From NCBI GenBank assembly GCA_049724395.1, contig JAUGWO010000090.1, positions 62,001 to 105,019 on the forward strand: a stretch of DNA of 43,019 bases, written 5' to 3'. Shown here piece after piece: positions 13,464-23,014 of this stretch. The notes below the pieces were generated by a model. It made no database searches. It saw nothing but the letters and a program-made list of their open reading frames with translations, and had not been told where the DNA came from. Positions within the stretch are counted from its first letter, which is position 1, and each line of letters starts with the position of its first letter. This stretch comes from Spongospora subterranea f. sp. subterranea. Its lineage: Eukaryota. A program made the translations under genes and the position numbers.

Positions 13464-13901
13464 ATTCCCGACAAATCACTAAAATGATCATCCTCAAGTA
13501 CTCCAATATGATCTCGGGGGCGGCACCAGAGGAATTTCATGTGTTCCCGGTTTCATTTTCTTTCATTGCCGGAACGTCCTCATTTCGAGTTTGACGTCAC
13601 GGGACAGGGATTAACGGGGGGGATTAGGTGTGATCTGCTTTACCTTAAGACATCGCCGCCGCCTTAACACCATATTATCTTCTGGAACCCCTCGATCTTA
13701 TTCTTCGGTTCATCCCATCAATTTCTCCCGTCAATTTTATGCGTCTTCCTGGGGTCGGCTCCCGTTCTTGTTGCCAAAACCAGAAACCACAACAGGCGGA
13801 ATGGCCGAGAGAAGTTGATCCCGTCTCAACGCCCCTTCAAATAACCTCTAACACAATCGCCCTCTGTTTACAATGTATTGGGATATAATGTGAATATGAT
13901 G

Positions 13902-14978
13902 TCATTTATTGAATCCAGCTGATCTAACGGTTGTAGCGGTTGTGCAGCGTTGCAAGGCGTTCGGCCCCGAAATACTTCTCGACCTCCCCGATCCATTGTG
14001 ACCCGTCCGATTGTGGATATCGTCATCACATGATTGATGGGCGATTATCGCTGCCGTTGCCGGTCTCCCTTTCTCCCTCCGTTTCAGGAACAGGTTCTCG
14101 GCCGGCCCCTTCGCCCCCTCCTTCCGCCCACGCCGCTTATTCCTCAGGATTCTGATCGGTTCCCGATAGATCCCATCGCTCGTGAAGCTGCTGTACATGG
14201 GCAGCAGATCCGCCCGTTCGATCTCGCTGATCCTGGCCCTGTCGCCATGGCGTTCATCGCCGATCGACAGGTTCGGATCGAACAGCATCTCCCTCTCGTG
14301 AACGCCATGTAGTAGCGCCAGCTGGTGGACCGAACGATGCTGTAATGGCGGGCCCAGTTCCGGCGCCGGGCATCGCGTGATGTTATCGCACAGGCGCTGG
14401 CGGCGAATGGCGCCATCCCAGTCACAGACGTGGACCGACTTGACCGGATCATAGGGCGCCGTCCATAGACGGTCACGATGGCGCTGGCGGTGGTGCTGAT
14501 CGGTCGGGAATCGATTCCCGGGATGGCAACCGAGGACCAGCTCGGGGACCGGGTCTGGGACCTCGACCCGGTCCAGCGCTTGACGACAGACCTGGGACGA
14601 CGTCGATTTCCGCAACGCGAGGAGAGCGGATCGGGTCGTGGCTGATGATGTTGGGGATCGATCCTCATCACCGATCTTAGCGGTCACCGATTCGCGAACG
14701 GAATCCGACGATTGGAAATGGGCGATGCGGAATGGGGATCGATCGGGTGGCGGCCGCACCGGCCGGGCAGGGCGACGTTGGTTGAGCTGCGATCGGTGGC
14801 CGGATAGGTGGAGATGGTCCTGGGCGGATTGGCGAAGGTCGTGGGAGCGGCGATCGTGGAGCAGAGTCTGGGTTAGGGATGGAGATGATGGAGATGATGG
14901 TGACTCAAATATCCATCGTCTCGTGCGATTACGCGATGAACTCCCCTCATCTGCGGACACCAATGTCAAAATCGTCAT
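13902..14978 (-). CDS. Hypothetical protein (GC-rich ORF; true ends uncertain)
   Basis: 358-aa open frame with a low-complexity N-terminus and a more globular-looking central part (LWTAPYDPVKSVHVCDWDG...PMYSSFTSDGIY). No family recognised. Confidence 0.5.
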   Translation of the reverse strand: MTILTLVSADEGSSSRNRTRRWIFESPSSPSSPSLTQTLLHDRRSHDLRQSAQDHLHLSGHRSQLNQRRPARPVRPPPDRSPFRIAHFQSSDSVRESVTAKIGDEDRSPTSSATTRSALLALRKSTSSQVCRQALDRVEVPDPVPELVLGCHPGNRFPTDQHHRQRHRDRLWTAPYDPVKSVHVCDWDGAIRRQRLCDNITRCPAPELGPPLQHRSVHQLALLHGVHEREMLFDPNLSIGDERHGDRARISEIERADLLPMYSSFTSDGIYREPIRILRNKRRGRKEGAKGPAENLFLKRREKGRPATAAIIAHQSCDDDIHNRTGHNGSGRSRSISGPNALQRCTTATTVRSAGFNK

Positions 14979-15758
14979 CGCCGAGGCGTTAATACAGAAC
15001 GTGTGTTTCCCGACCTGAACCGGGGGGATCGGACGCCCAGGCGACTTTCACATGACGTCCTGAGATCAGACAACAATCAGTTCGGGGTGACATTGGGGAT
15101 CGTGTCGTCATTACCGAATCTGTTGTGAGATCTCGGCCCCAGTTATAATATCGACCGGTGCGATAGGAGCGCGTCTCATATATCCTGTTTGTTTTTTTTC
15201 GGCGCGCCCTGATCGATCACCGGTTCTTTCTCTGGTCTTCCCCCCCTGATCCGATATTGACCCAGGCGATCGATTGCATCCCCCTCGATATTTGTCCCCG
15301 AAAAATATCTCAGATCCTCCCTCGACTGTCCCGTCCGCCAAGAACCTCAACGGATGAACGTTGTCGATCAATCGAACCAGCGATGATGCTGTTAATTCAA
15401 TCACAGAAGTTCAACATCAGATTCTCTTCAAATTTTTTTACAATCTCTGGCCATAGATATCGTCCAGCCCTCACAACATGAGGACTCTCCACCAGGGTTT
15501 CGTGTAGGCAATGTGACAATTCAAGATAAAATCTCGTGTCGTTGGGTGCAACACATCCATGAGCGTCATAATCTGGCAACCGGGAACCTGAAGGTTACTT
15601 AAGAACGCCAAGTTCCAACTGACAACGAGATCTCGTGCCAATCAGGAGCGGTGGCGTCAGGACTTTCAAGCAAACCCCATGGACCTGGCGGAAAACGGGG
15701 ACGAGACTCACGTTGTAAATAATATGGGCAATGGGCAAAACCTTAAAATGCGAAGCGA

Positions 15759-17600
15759 TTAATGATGTAATATACGGTGACGTCGTTTCTTAAGGTGATT
15801 GGCATCACGAAGCTTGTTCTCCGCCTTCAATCGCATTCTGGCGGCGATGCCGTCGATGAGTTCTTTGTTGCGATTCAGCGCGATTGACATCAGGATGAAG
15901 TTGAGCGTGACGCTGTCTACCTCGCGCAGGAAATCTGCCAGCTTGCTCAGTCAACTGTTCGTCGTTTCAGCCATGCTCGAGGCAAACATTGGTTTGCCAT
16001 TGTCGTTCACCATTTTAACAGCAGCCGGCGAGTACTCCACTTGGCAAGCAATGTCGGATTGTTTGTGGCAGCAGATGTGAAATCTGCCCACAACCCAGCG
16101 AACACAATTGGCACATTGGTAGTGCTCGTGTCGCCTCAAATATGGACCGAGACGACAGGCTGTGTCGACAAAAATGACGTCCCCGACCGGTCGGTGACAT
16201 CAACCTCTTTCAGACTATTCTCCACAAACAGAGCAACGTCTTCGAAGGCCTCTGTTGTAAATATCGGTTGGAGATTGATGATGACGCCGCACGACCAAAC
16301 CGACACAAGAATGTCAGGTGTGTACGCAGGGTCCAAAACGGGAAATAAGTTTGCCAGCTTTTCTTGCGGTCTGTAGTTCTGCGACGTCTTTCCTGGCATC
16401 ATTGGCAGAGGTCGATTTGCTGATGCCCCGCGACTTGTCATGTTTTTTACTTGCTGCCTTTCGCCTCTACGAAACTTCGTATTGCTGCCGTAGTTCTTCA
16501 TGGGTGGGATCATCGCAACATTCTACGAAGGCATCGTTTCGCTGATTGGAACAGCCATCCACGCGGCAAATACTGGCCAAGTTTCGTGCTCCTTGCAAAA
16601 AGCAGACACAGTAGGTAGTGGACAGTGCCTGTACCGACAAACTTGATGGCCCATCACCTTGCCGTCCAGAACAGCACATCGTACATCAACACCAACATCC
16701 CCATTCCACTGCTTGTGGGTGTCGCCATTCGTGTATGGACAGCCTCGGCATCACAGACCCCATATGCGTTATTGCCTCCTCCATGGCGTCTTCGAGACCA
16801 TTACACGGATGTTGTTTGCTCCCAACTCGTCATGTCAGCAATCTCGACATTCCTTCGGTCGTGTAACTCCAGAGGTCTCAGAACGCCCGCCGAAACACTT
16901 GTGGAGTCGACTTCGGCGTATGCGATTTCAGACTTCTTGATGTGTCTTTATTGTGCACAGCATAGCACTCCTGAGATGCTGTGTGTGAACAAGGCATGCG
17001 CATCGAAATGATGCTTTCACCGATACACATCTGTGTGCGTCACATGATCAAACAAAAATTGCTTGGCATTACAGTCCTTTGATCGCGTGTTGTTATGGTC
17101 GTGTCGTTTCACCAACGAACGACCAACGACAACTCCGCCGGTTGTTATAATCTGGGCAGTTCCTTCCCTGTCGGATCGCACAACCAGTTTGATCTTGCAC
17201 AATGGTCAGCGGGTAAAGCTACAGCACAGCATTCGCCCGAAGCTGCCAGGTCGGTACGATGAAATTCCAGCGTCATCGCGGTCCGTAACCATGCGCGTGA
17301 ACACATTGACCATGTCATCATGGGCGACGACCACATCCAAACAGCTCTGTGCCATCTCAACAGCGATTCGAACGACATAATGTGTTGCCAGGACATGTTT
17401 TACTTGTTCTGGTGTTGTACAAGAAGCCACCCAGGGATATATGTTATCCCAGTTCGTCAGTAATGCTTGAACGAGGCGGGACTGACTTACAATAGACAGC
17501 ATCGAGATTGTCTGAATATGACGTGATCCACACAATGAGGACTGCGAGAACAGTGTGGCGTCAAAATCAGGGTTTGCGATTGAGTAAACGTTTAAACGCC
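15759..17600 (-). mobile_element. Degenerate KDZ (Kyakuja-Dileera-Zisupton) superfamily transposase with CxC5-like and CxC6-like Cys clusters
   Basis: Manual translation across frameshifts and stops gives, in order: VRCAVLDGKVMGHQVCRYRHCPLPTVSAFCKEH / ICRVDGCSNQRNDAFVECCDDPTH (CxC6-like), ILVSVWSCGVIINLQPIFTTEAFEDV, VIFVDTACRL, VVGRFHICCHKQSDIACQVEYSPA, FASSMAETTNS*LSKLADFLREVDSVTLNFILMSIALNRN. This order matches my recollection of fungal CxC5/CxC6-associated KDZ transposases. Multiple stops and frameshifts. Confidence 0.75.
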
Positions 17601-17618
17601 GCTGCTGCCTATTGCAAT

Positions 17619-17741
17619 TCAGTCCCGACTCGTTCAACCGTTGAAGACGAACTAGGATAATATATTCTCCTGGTTTGCCGAGTGCGAAACACCAGAAGAA
17701 GTAAAACATCTGCTTGTCCAAGTCGCTGTTGGGATGGCACA
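17619..17741 (+). pseudogene. Inverted, diverged paralogous fragment of the KDZ element N-terminal region
   Basis: Translates QSRLVQPLKTN*DNIFSWFAECETPEEVKHLL..VAVGMAQ, which aligns with QSRLVQALLTNWDNIYPWVASCTTPEQVKHVL..IAVEMAQ on the minus strand at 17349..17485. Confidence 0.8.
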
Positions 17742-17786
17742 ACAACCAGTAGAGATGATGGTAATGATGATGGTGATAATAATAAT

Positions 17787-18873
17787 GGTGACACATGTCA
17801 GACAAGTCCTCAGCTGGTCATTACGTAACTATAGTCAAGTCGGGGAGCGACTCATCAGAATCCTTCGCCTTCGCCGCTAAAGGTGACACATGTCAGACAA
17901 GTCCTCAGCTGGTCATTACGTAACTATAGTCAAGTCGGGGAGCGACTCATCAGAATCCTTCGCCGCTAAAGGTGACACATGTCAGACAAGTCCTCAGCTG
18001 GTCATTACGTAACTATAGTCAAGTCGGGGAGCGACTCATCAGAATCCTTCGCCGCTAAAGGTGACACATGTCAGACAAGTCCTCAGCTGGTCATTACGTA
18101 ACTATAGTCAAGTCGGGGAGCGACTCATCAGAATCCTTCGCCGCTAAAGGTGACACATGTCAGACAAGTCCTCAGCTGGTCATTACGTAACTATAGTCAA
18201 GTCGGGGAGCGACTCATCAGAATCCTTCGCCGCTAAAGGTGACACATGTCAGACAAGTCCTCAGCTGGTCATTACGTAACTATAGTCAAGTCGGGGAGCG
18301 ACTCATCAGAATCCTTCGCCGCTAAAGGTGACACATGTCAGACAAGTCCTCAGCTGGTCATTACGTAACTATAGTCAAGTCGGGGAGCGACTCATCAGAA
18401 TCCTTCGCCGCTAAAGGTGACACTTCGCCGCTTCCATGTCAGACAAGTCCTCAGCTGGTCATTACGTAACTATAGTCAAGTCGGGGAGCGACTCATCAGA
18501 ATCCTTCGCCGCTAAAGGTGACACATGTCAGACAAGTCCTCAGCTGGTCATTACGTAACTATAGTCAAGTCGGGGAGCGACTCATCAGAATCCTTCGCCG
18601 CTAAAGGTGACACATGTCAGACAAGTCCTCAGCTGGTCATTACGTAACTATAGTCAAGTCGGGGAGCGACTCATCAGAATCCTTCGCCGCTAAAGGTGAC
18701 ACATGTCAGACAAGTCCTCAGCTGGTCATTACGTAACTATAGTCAAGTCTGGGGAGCGACTCATCAGAATCCTTCGCCGCTAAAGGTGACACATGTCAGA
18801 CAAGTCCTCAGCTGGTCATTACGTAACTATAGTCAAGTCGGGGAGCGACTCATCAGAATCCTTCGCCGCTAAA
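17787..18873. repeat. Tandem array, 12 x 89-bp units
   Basis: Unit GGTGACACATGTCAGACAAGTCCTCAGCTGGTCATTACGTAACTATAGTCAAGTCGGGGAGCGACTCATCAGAATCCTTCGCCGCTAAA starts at 17787, 17882, 17971, 18060, 18149, 18238, 18327, 18416, 18517, 18606, 18695 and 18785. Only three small insertions (6, 12 and 1 nt). No spacers. Confidence 0.98.
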
Positions 18874-19069
18874 GCCCCGCTCGGGGATACGAACATAAGG
18901 TGGAGGAGACTGATCTTGACAGTGGAAGAGAGTGACCTTTGACTCTGAACACGGTAACGGGAGTGCGCTGTGAGGCCACTGGGGGACGTTAGATCAGATC
19001 TAATGAGGTACTCAGTCTCCTCCACCTTATGTTCGTATAGTTCGTATCCCCGAGCAGGGTGTTAGCGGC
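18865..19069. mobile_element. MITE-like / foldback element with ~49-bp terminal inverted repeats
   Basis: Left arm GCCGCTAAAGCCCCGCTCGGGGATACGAACATAAGGTGGAGGAGACTGA (18865..18913) is matched by the reverse complement at 19012..19069, with 3 mismatches and a 9-nt duplication. No clear target-site duplication. Confidence 0.6.
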
Positions 19070-19082
19070 ATCCGAACAGCTC

Positions 19083-19212
19083 CTCAACAGCGATTCGAAA
19101 GATATAATTGGTTTGCAAGACATCGTTTACATCCTGTGGTGTATTGCACTCAGCAATCCAGAAAATATATTATCCTAGTTCGTTCGAAACCATATGACTG
19201 CGTTGTGACTGA
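19083..19212 (-). pseudogene. Third diverged fragment of the KDZ element N-terminal region
   Basis: The minus strand reads TN*DNIF/WIAECNTPQDVNDVLQTNYIFRIAVE, homologous to WVASCTTPEQVKHVLATHYVVRIAVE at 17349..17485. Confidence 0.8.
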
Positions 19213-19500
19213 TTAGACAAAATTGCTAGGATTATTCCGGCGGTAGTCAGATTAGCAGCGAACTTAATTAATGGTCCACGGAAGCTTAATTAAAGAAGGC
19301 TTCTAAGTTTGCATCCTTTCCCGGTCTGTGTCTCATAAAGTGTCAACGCGTGAAACAGATGGTCACTTCCACCGTTTTTCCATTGATCAGATATTGTTGT
19401 GTTGAGCAATTGAGCCAAAAAGACATTGCATGATCTAATGCCATGTTCTACCCTTATAAAACGGATCCGAGCTGTTCAATAAATGAATCTGAAAGCTGAA

Positions 19501-20672
19501 TATCTGGCGGATATAGTGTGGATAAGATCATCATCCCGAAATAGTGTGACACTGTATATCTGGCGGATATAGTGTGGATGAGATCATATCCCGAAATAGT
19601 GTGACATTGTATATCTGGCGGATATAGTGTGGATGAGATCATATCCCGATATAGTGTGACACTGTATATCTGGCGGATATAGTGTGGATGAGATCATATC
19701 CCGATATAGTGTGACACTGTATATCTGGCGGATATAGTGTGGATGAGATCATATCCCGATATAGTGTGACATTGTATATCTGGCGGATATAGTGTGGATG
19801 AGATCATATCCCGATATAGTGTGACACTGTATATCTGGCGGATATAGTGTGGATGAGATCATATCCCGATATAGTGTGACACTGTATATCTGGCGGATAT
19901 AGTGTGGATGAGATCATATCCCGATATAGTGTGACATTGTATATCTGGCGGATATAGTGTGGATGAGATCATATCCCGATATAGTGTGACACTGTATATC
20001 TGGCGGATATAGTGTGGATGAGATCATATCCCGATATAGTGTGACATTGTATATCTGGCGGATATAGTGTGGATGAGATCATATCCCGATATAGTGTGAC
20101 ACTGTATATCTGGCGGATATAGTGTGGATGAGATTATATCCCGATATAGTGTGACACTGTATATCTGGCGGATATAGTGTGGATGAGATCATATCCCGAT
20201 ATAGTGTGACACTGTATATCTGGCGGATATAGTGTGGATGAGATCATATCCCGATATAGTGTGACACTGTATATCTGGCGGATATAGTGTGGATGAGATC
20301 ATATCCCGATATAGTGTGACACTGTATATCTGGCGGATATAGTGTGGATGAGATCATATCCCGAGATAGTGTGACACTGTATATCTGGCGGATATAGTGT
20401 GGATGAGATCATATCCCGATATAGTGTGACACTGTATATCTGGCGGATATAGTGTGGATGAGATCATATCCCGATATAGTGTGACACTGTATATCTGGCG
20501 GATATAGTGTGGATGAGATCATATCCCGATATAGTGTGACACTGTATATCTGGCGGATATAGTGTGGATGAGATGGCGGATATAGTGTGGATGAGATTAT
20601 ATCCCGATATAGTGTGACACTGTATATCTGGCGGATATAGTGTGGATGAGATCATATCCCGATATTGTGTGA
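19501..20672. repeat. Tandem array, ~21 x 55-bp units, directly abutting the SIRT6 start codon
   Basis: Unit TATCTGGCGGATATAGTGTGGATGAGATCATATCCCGATATAGTGTGACACTGTA with period 55 (19557, 19612, 19667 ... 20547). Few SNPs (mostly CACTG/CATTG) and one partial duplication near 20575. Each unit contains GATATAGTGTG twice. Confidence 0.98.
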
Positions 20673-20679
20673 TGATTTA

Positions 20680-21640
20680 ATGGGATCATATGCCGAGCGG
20701 TTAATACAGGGTGTCGATAAGGGATTATGTGGCGACCAAGAGTATCAAGATTCGGATGAGGTCGTCGCCGGACAGGTCCAGCTTCTATCACAGCTGTTAC
20801 AATCTTCTCGCTATTGTATTATTCATACCGGAGCCGGTATATCAACGGCCGCTGGAATTTCTGACTTCAGAGGGCCAAACGGTCTATCGTCCTCTCATCG
20901 CCAATAAAAATAATCTGAAAACGGGTATTAGGTGTGTGGACACTGCAAGAATTAGGTCTCAAACCCGAAACAGACACACCTTTTCACGAAGCTAAACCAA
21001 CATTTACACGTAATTAATATTGGAGCAAAACACTAGACGGATCGCTTATTTATTGATTGTAGATTTGGCGATAGTTAAACTGGTTGAAGTTGGTCTAGTA
21101 AAGCACGTTGTCTCTCAAAATGTTGATGGACTCCATATCCGATCAGGCCTTCCTCGTCAGCATCTATCCGAAGTTCATGGTACAGCATTTGCCGAATGGT
21201 GTGACAATGTTAGTGCCATTTTTTTCATCGAGACGTGTTCGCTGATGTTGTTCTAGTGTCAGGAAGAGATTCGTACCAATATCCCGGTTGATACCATCGG
21301 GTTGAAGGCGACCGGGAATGTTTGTCAAATGTGTGGCGGCCCTGTTCGCGATATGCTCTGCGATTGGGACAGCGAACTACCCGAGTCGGAGGTTGAACGA
21401 GCGATCACCGAGCATAGGCGGAGCGACTTGACCATTTGCGTCGGGTCGAGCATGAGGATTCGACCGGCAGGATTATGGCCCGAGAGAACGTTGAGGAAGA
21501 ATGGGAAACCAGGTCCAGGACAGATATGCGTCATCAATCTCCAAAAGACACACCTTGATCGCCGCTGTGCTATCAGAATATTCGCCAGATGTGACGACGT
21601 ATTCAGATTACTGCTTGAGAATCTAGGGTTATCCAAATAA
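20680..21640 (+). CDS. SIRT6: Class IV sirtuin (SIRT6-like NAD-dependent deacetylase)
   Basis: [67 protein letters not shown], Zn-binding CxxC pairs, DWDSELP, INLQKT. Three short GT-AG introns (20882-20931, 21010-21062, 21209-21256). Confidence 0.92.
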
Positions 21641-21846
21641 GGCATATATATTCTCGCAAACAGATCGCCATCTTGTTTTCAGGAAAGTGTTTTGGCTCGA
21701 CCTTTGAACTTGAGCGTTCGGCGTTTATTTGCCTTTATGCAACCCATGATCGTCCAATATAATAGCAATGTTGGAACCAGTTTATCTGACAATGGCGTCC
21801 AGTGTGATGTTAGATATGATGCCATTAAACCTTTGAATACGCTGAC

Positions 21847-22825
21847 TTAGTTGGCGTGGTCTTTTTGACCATATTCCGAATTCTCATTATTAATCATCAC
21901 GAAATCGGGGAATATATCGCGCGTTAACAGCTGCTTTTGTTCCTGCTCTTCCAATGCTTCACATGGGCGTCGTGACTGCTTATATTCATCGGTTGTTTTA
22001 TGCAGATTGAACACACGTTTTCTAACAAGCGCAATGTCTTCGCATAGATCCGTTATTGATTTCAAAAGTGCTTTTTTCTCGCATGTGAACTCCCGATGTC
22101 GCTCGCATTGCGTATTGAGTTGTTCCTCCTTGACTGCATCCGTTGTATCCGAGTATTTAGGCATGTTAATGTTGACGCCTTTCGTTTCTTTGAACTTGTC
22201 ACGGAAGTAAAGGATTTGATTAAACATGCCTAAATCATACATTTCAGTTGGCAATAGTTGGTTAGGCCAGGTTTGTACCAAGAAGGAGTCCAGCGAAAAC
22301 GAAAATTTTCGGCCATTTCCAATTGAAGCCTGGTTGGCTGTTATTCTGAGATTCCGCAACATCAAACCGGATGACCATGTTCATTTTAGTCTCGGTGAAC
22401 GTCCATCTTTTGTCCACAGGTGTCATGGCAATGCAAACATCACGGCCGGCCAGGTCAACTCCATCCGGGAGCCGCAAAGTTGGAAGACGGGATGGATGGC
22501 CGGTTCCGCCGATAATGCCAGACATGACGCCAAGAGGCACGCGTTTGTCGTTGATTGCCACGGAAGACTCTGGGCGGAATCGACGGCACCAACCGTCAGC
22601 GATGACATCAATTGCATATGCACCCGATCCGAATTTGGCATAAATAGTATCCACATCGACGGATAGATTGACGATTTTAGATTCGTTGTGACAGTGATGC
22701 ACTCCAAAAACAGTAATGGCCGGAGATTTCGTAAATATCGACACTGCCAATGTTTTTGACTCAGCTTTCAATGCCAAAGATGATAGTAGGAACAATGAGA
22801 AGACAATAGTGTGTATCACCTCCAT
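21847..22825 (-). CDS. Orphan type I membrane protein: signal peptide, ectodomain, one TM helix, cytoplasmic coiled coil
   Basis: Signal-like start MEVIHTIVFSLFLLSSLALKAES. Intron 22230..22278 joins the two ORFs to give hydrophobic IFVFAGLLLGMFNQILYF followed by basic RDKFK and a helical tail. Confidence 0.65.
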
Positions 22826-23014
22826 TGTTCTAACACCTGGATACGGAACCTGCCAATGCTTATGAACAACAGGATCGGACGTCGCGGCCTGCGGCCTGCC
22901 AGCCGCCGAAACGATGTATTGACTAAACGCCACACAAACTGCCAGATGAGAGATTGCTCACTAGAAACTACTGAGCGATCTGTAATGATAATAATTATGG
23001 AATTAGGAATTTAA

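Noticed and set aside
15397..15720. Broken minus-strand reading frame downstream of the KDZ transposase as possible TET/JBP cargo
   Set aside because: No HxD or other dioxygenase motif is recognisable, and the frame is too short and disrupted to call.
17752..17805. His/Tyr-rich N-terminus (MCHHYYYHHHHYHH) of ORF 17206..17805
   Set aside because: It is the antisense reading of a degenerate ATG/ATA trinucleotide run plus inverted fragment B, not a credible protein start.
17824..17833. CGTAACTATA in the 89-bp unit resembles the start of the I-CeuI homing endonuclease / LSU rRNA site
   Set aside because: Only 10 nt match, and the rest of the site and any rRNA context are absent.
17787..20672. 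The two arrays as CRISPR-like repeat-spacer arrays
   Set aside because: Units are contiguous and near-identical with no variable spacers, there are no cas-like genes, and the context is eukaryotic.
19454..20791. Minus-strand repeat ORFs (MISSTLYPPDIQCHTISGYD...) inside the 55-bp array
   Set aside because: The 55-bp period is not a multiple of 3 and stops recur regularly, so these ORFs are artefacts of single SNPs.
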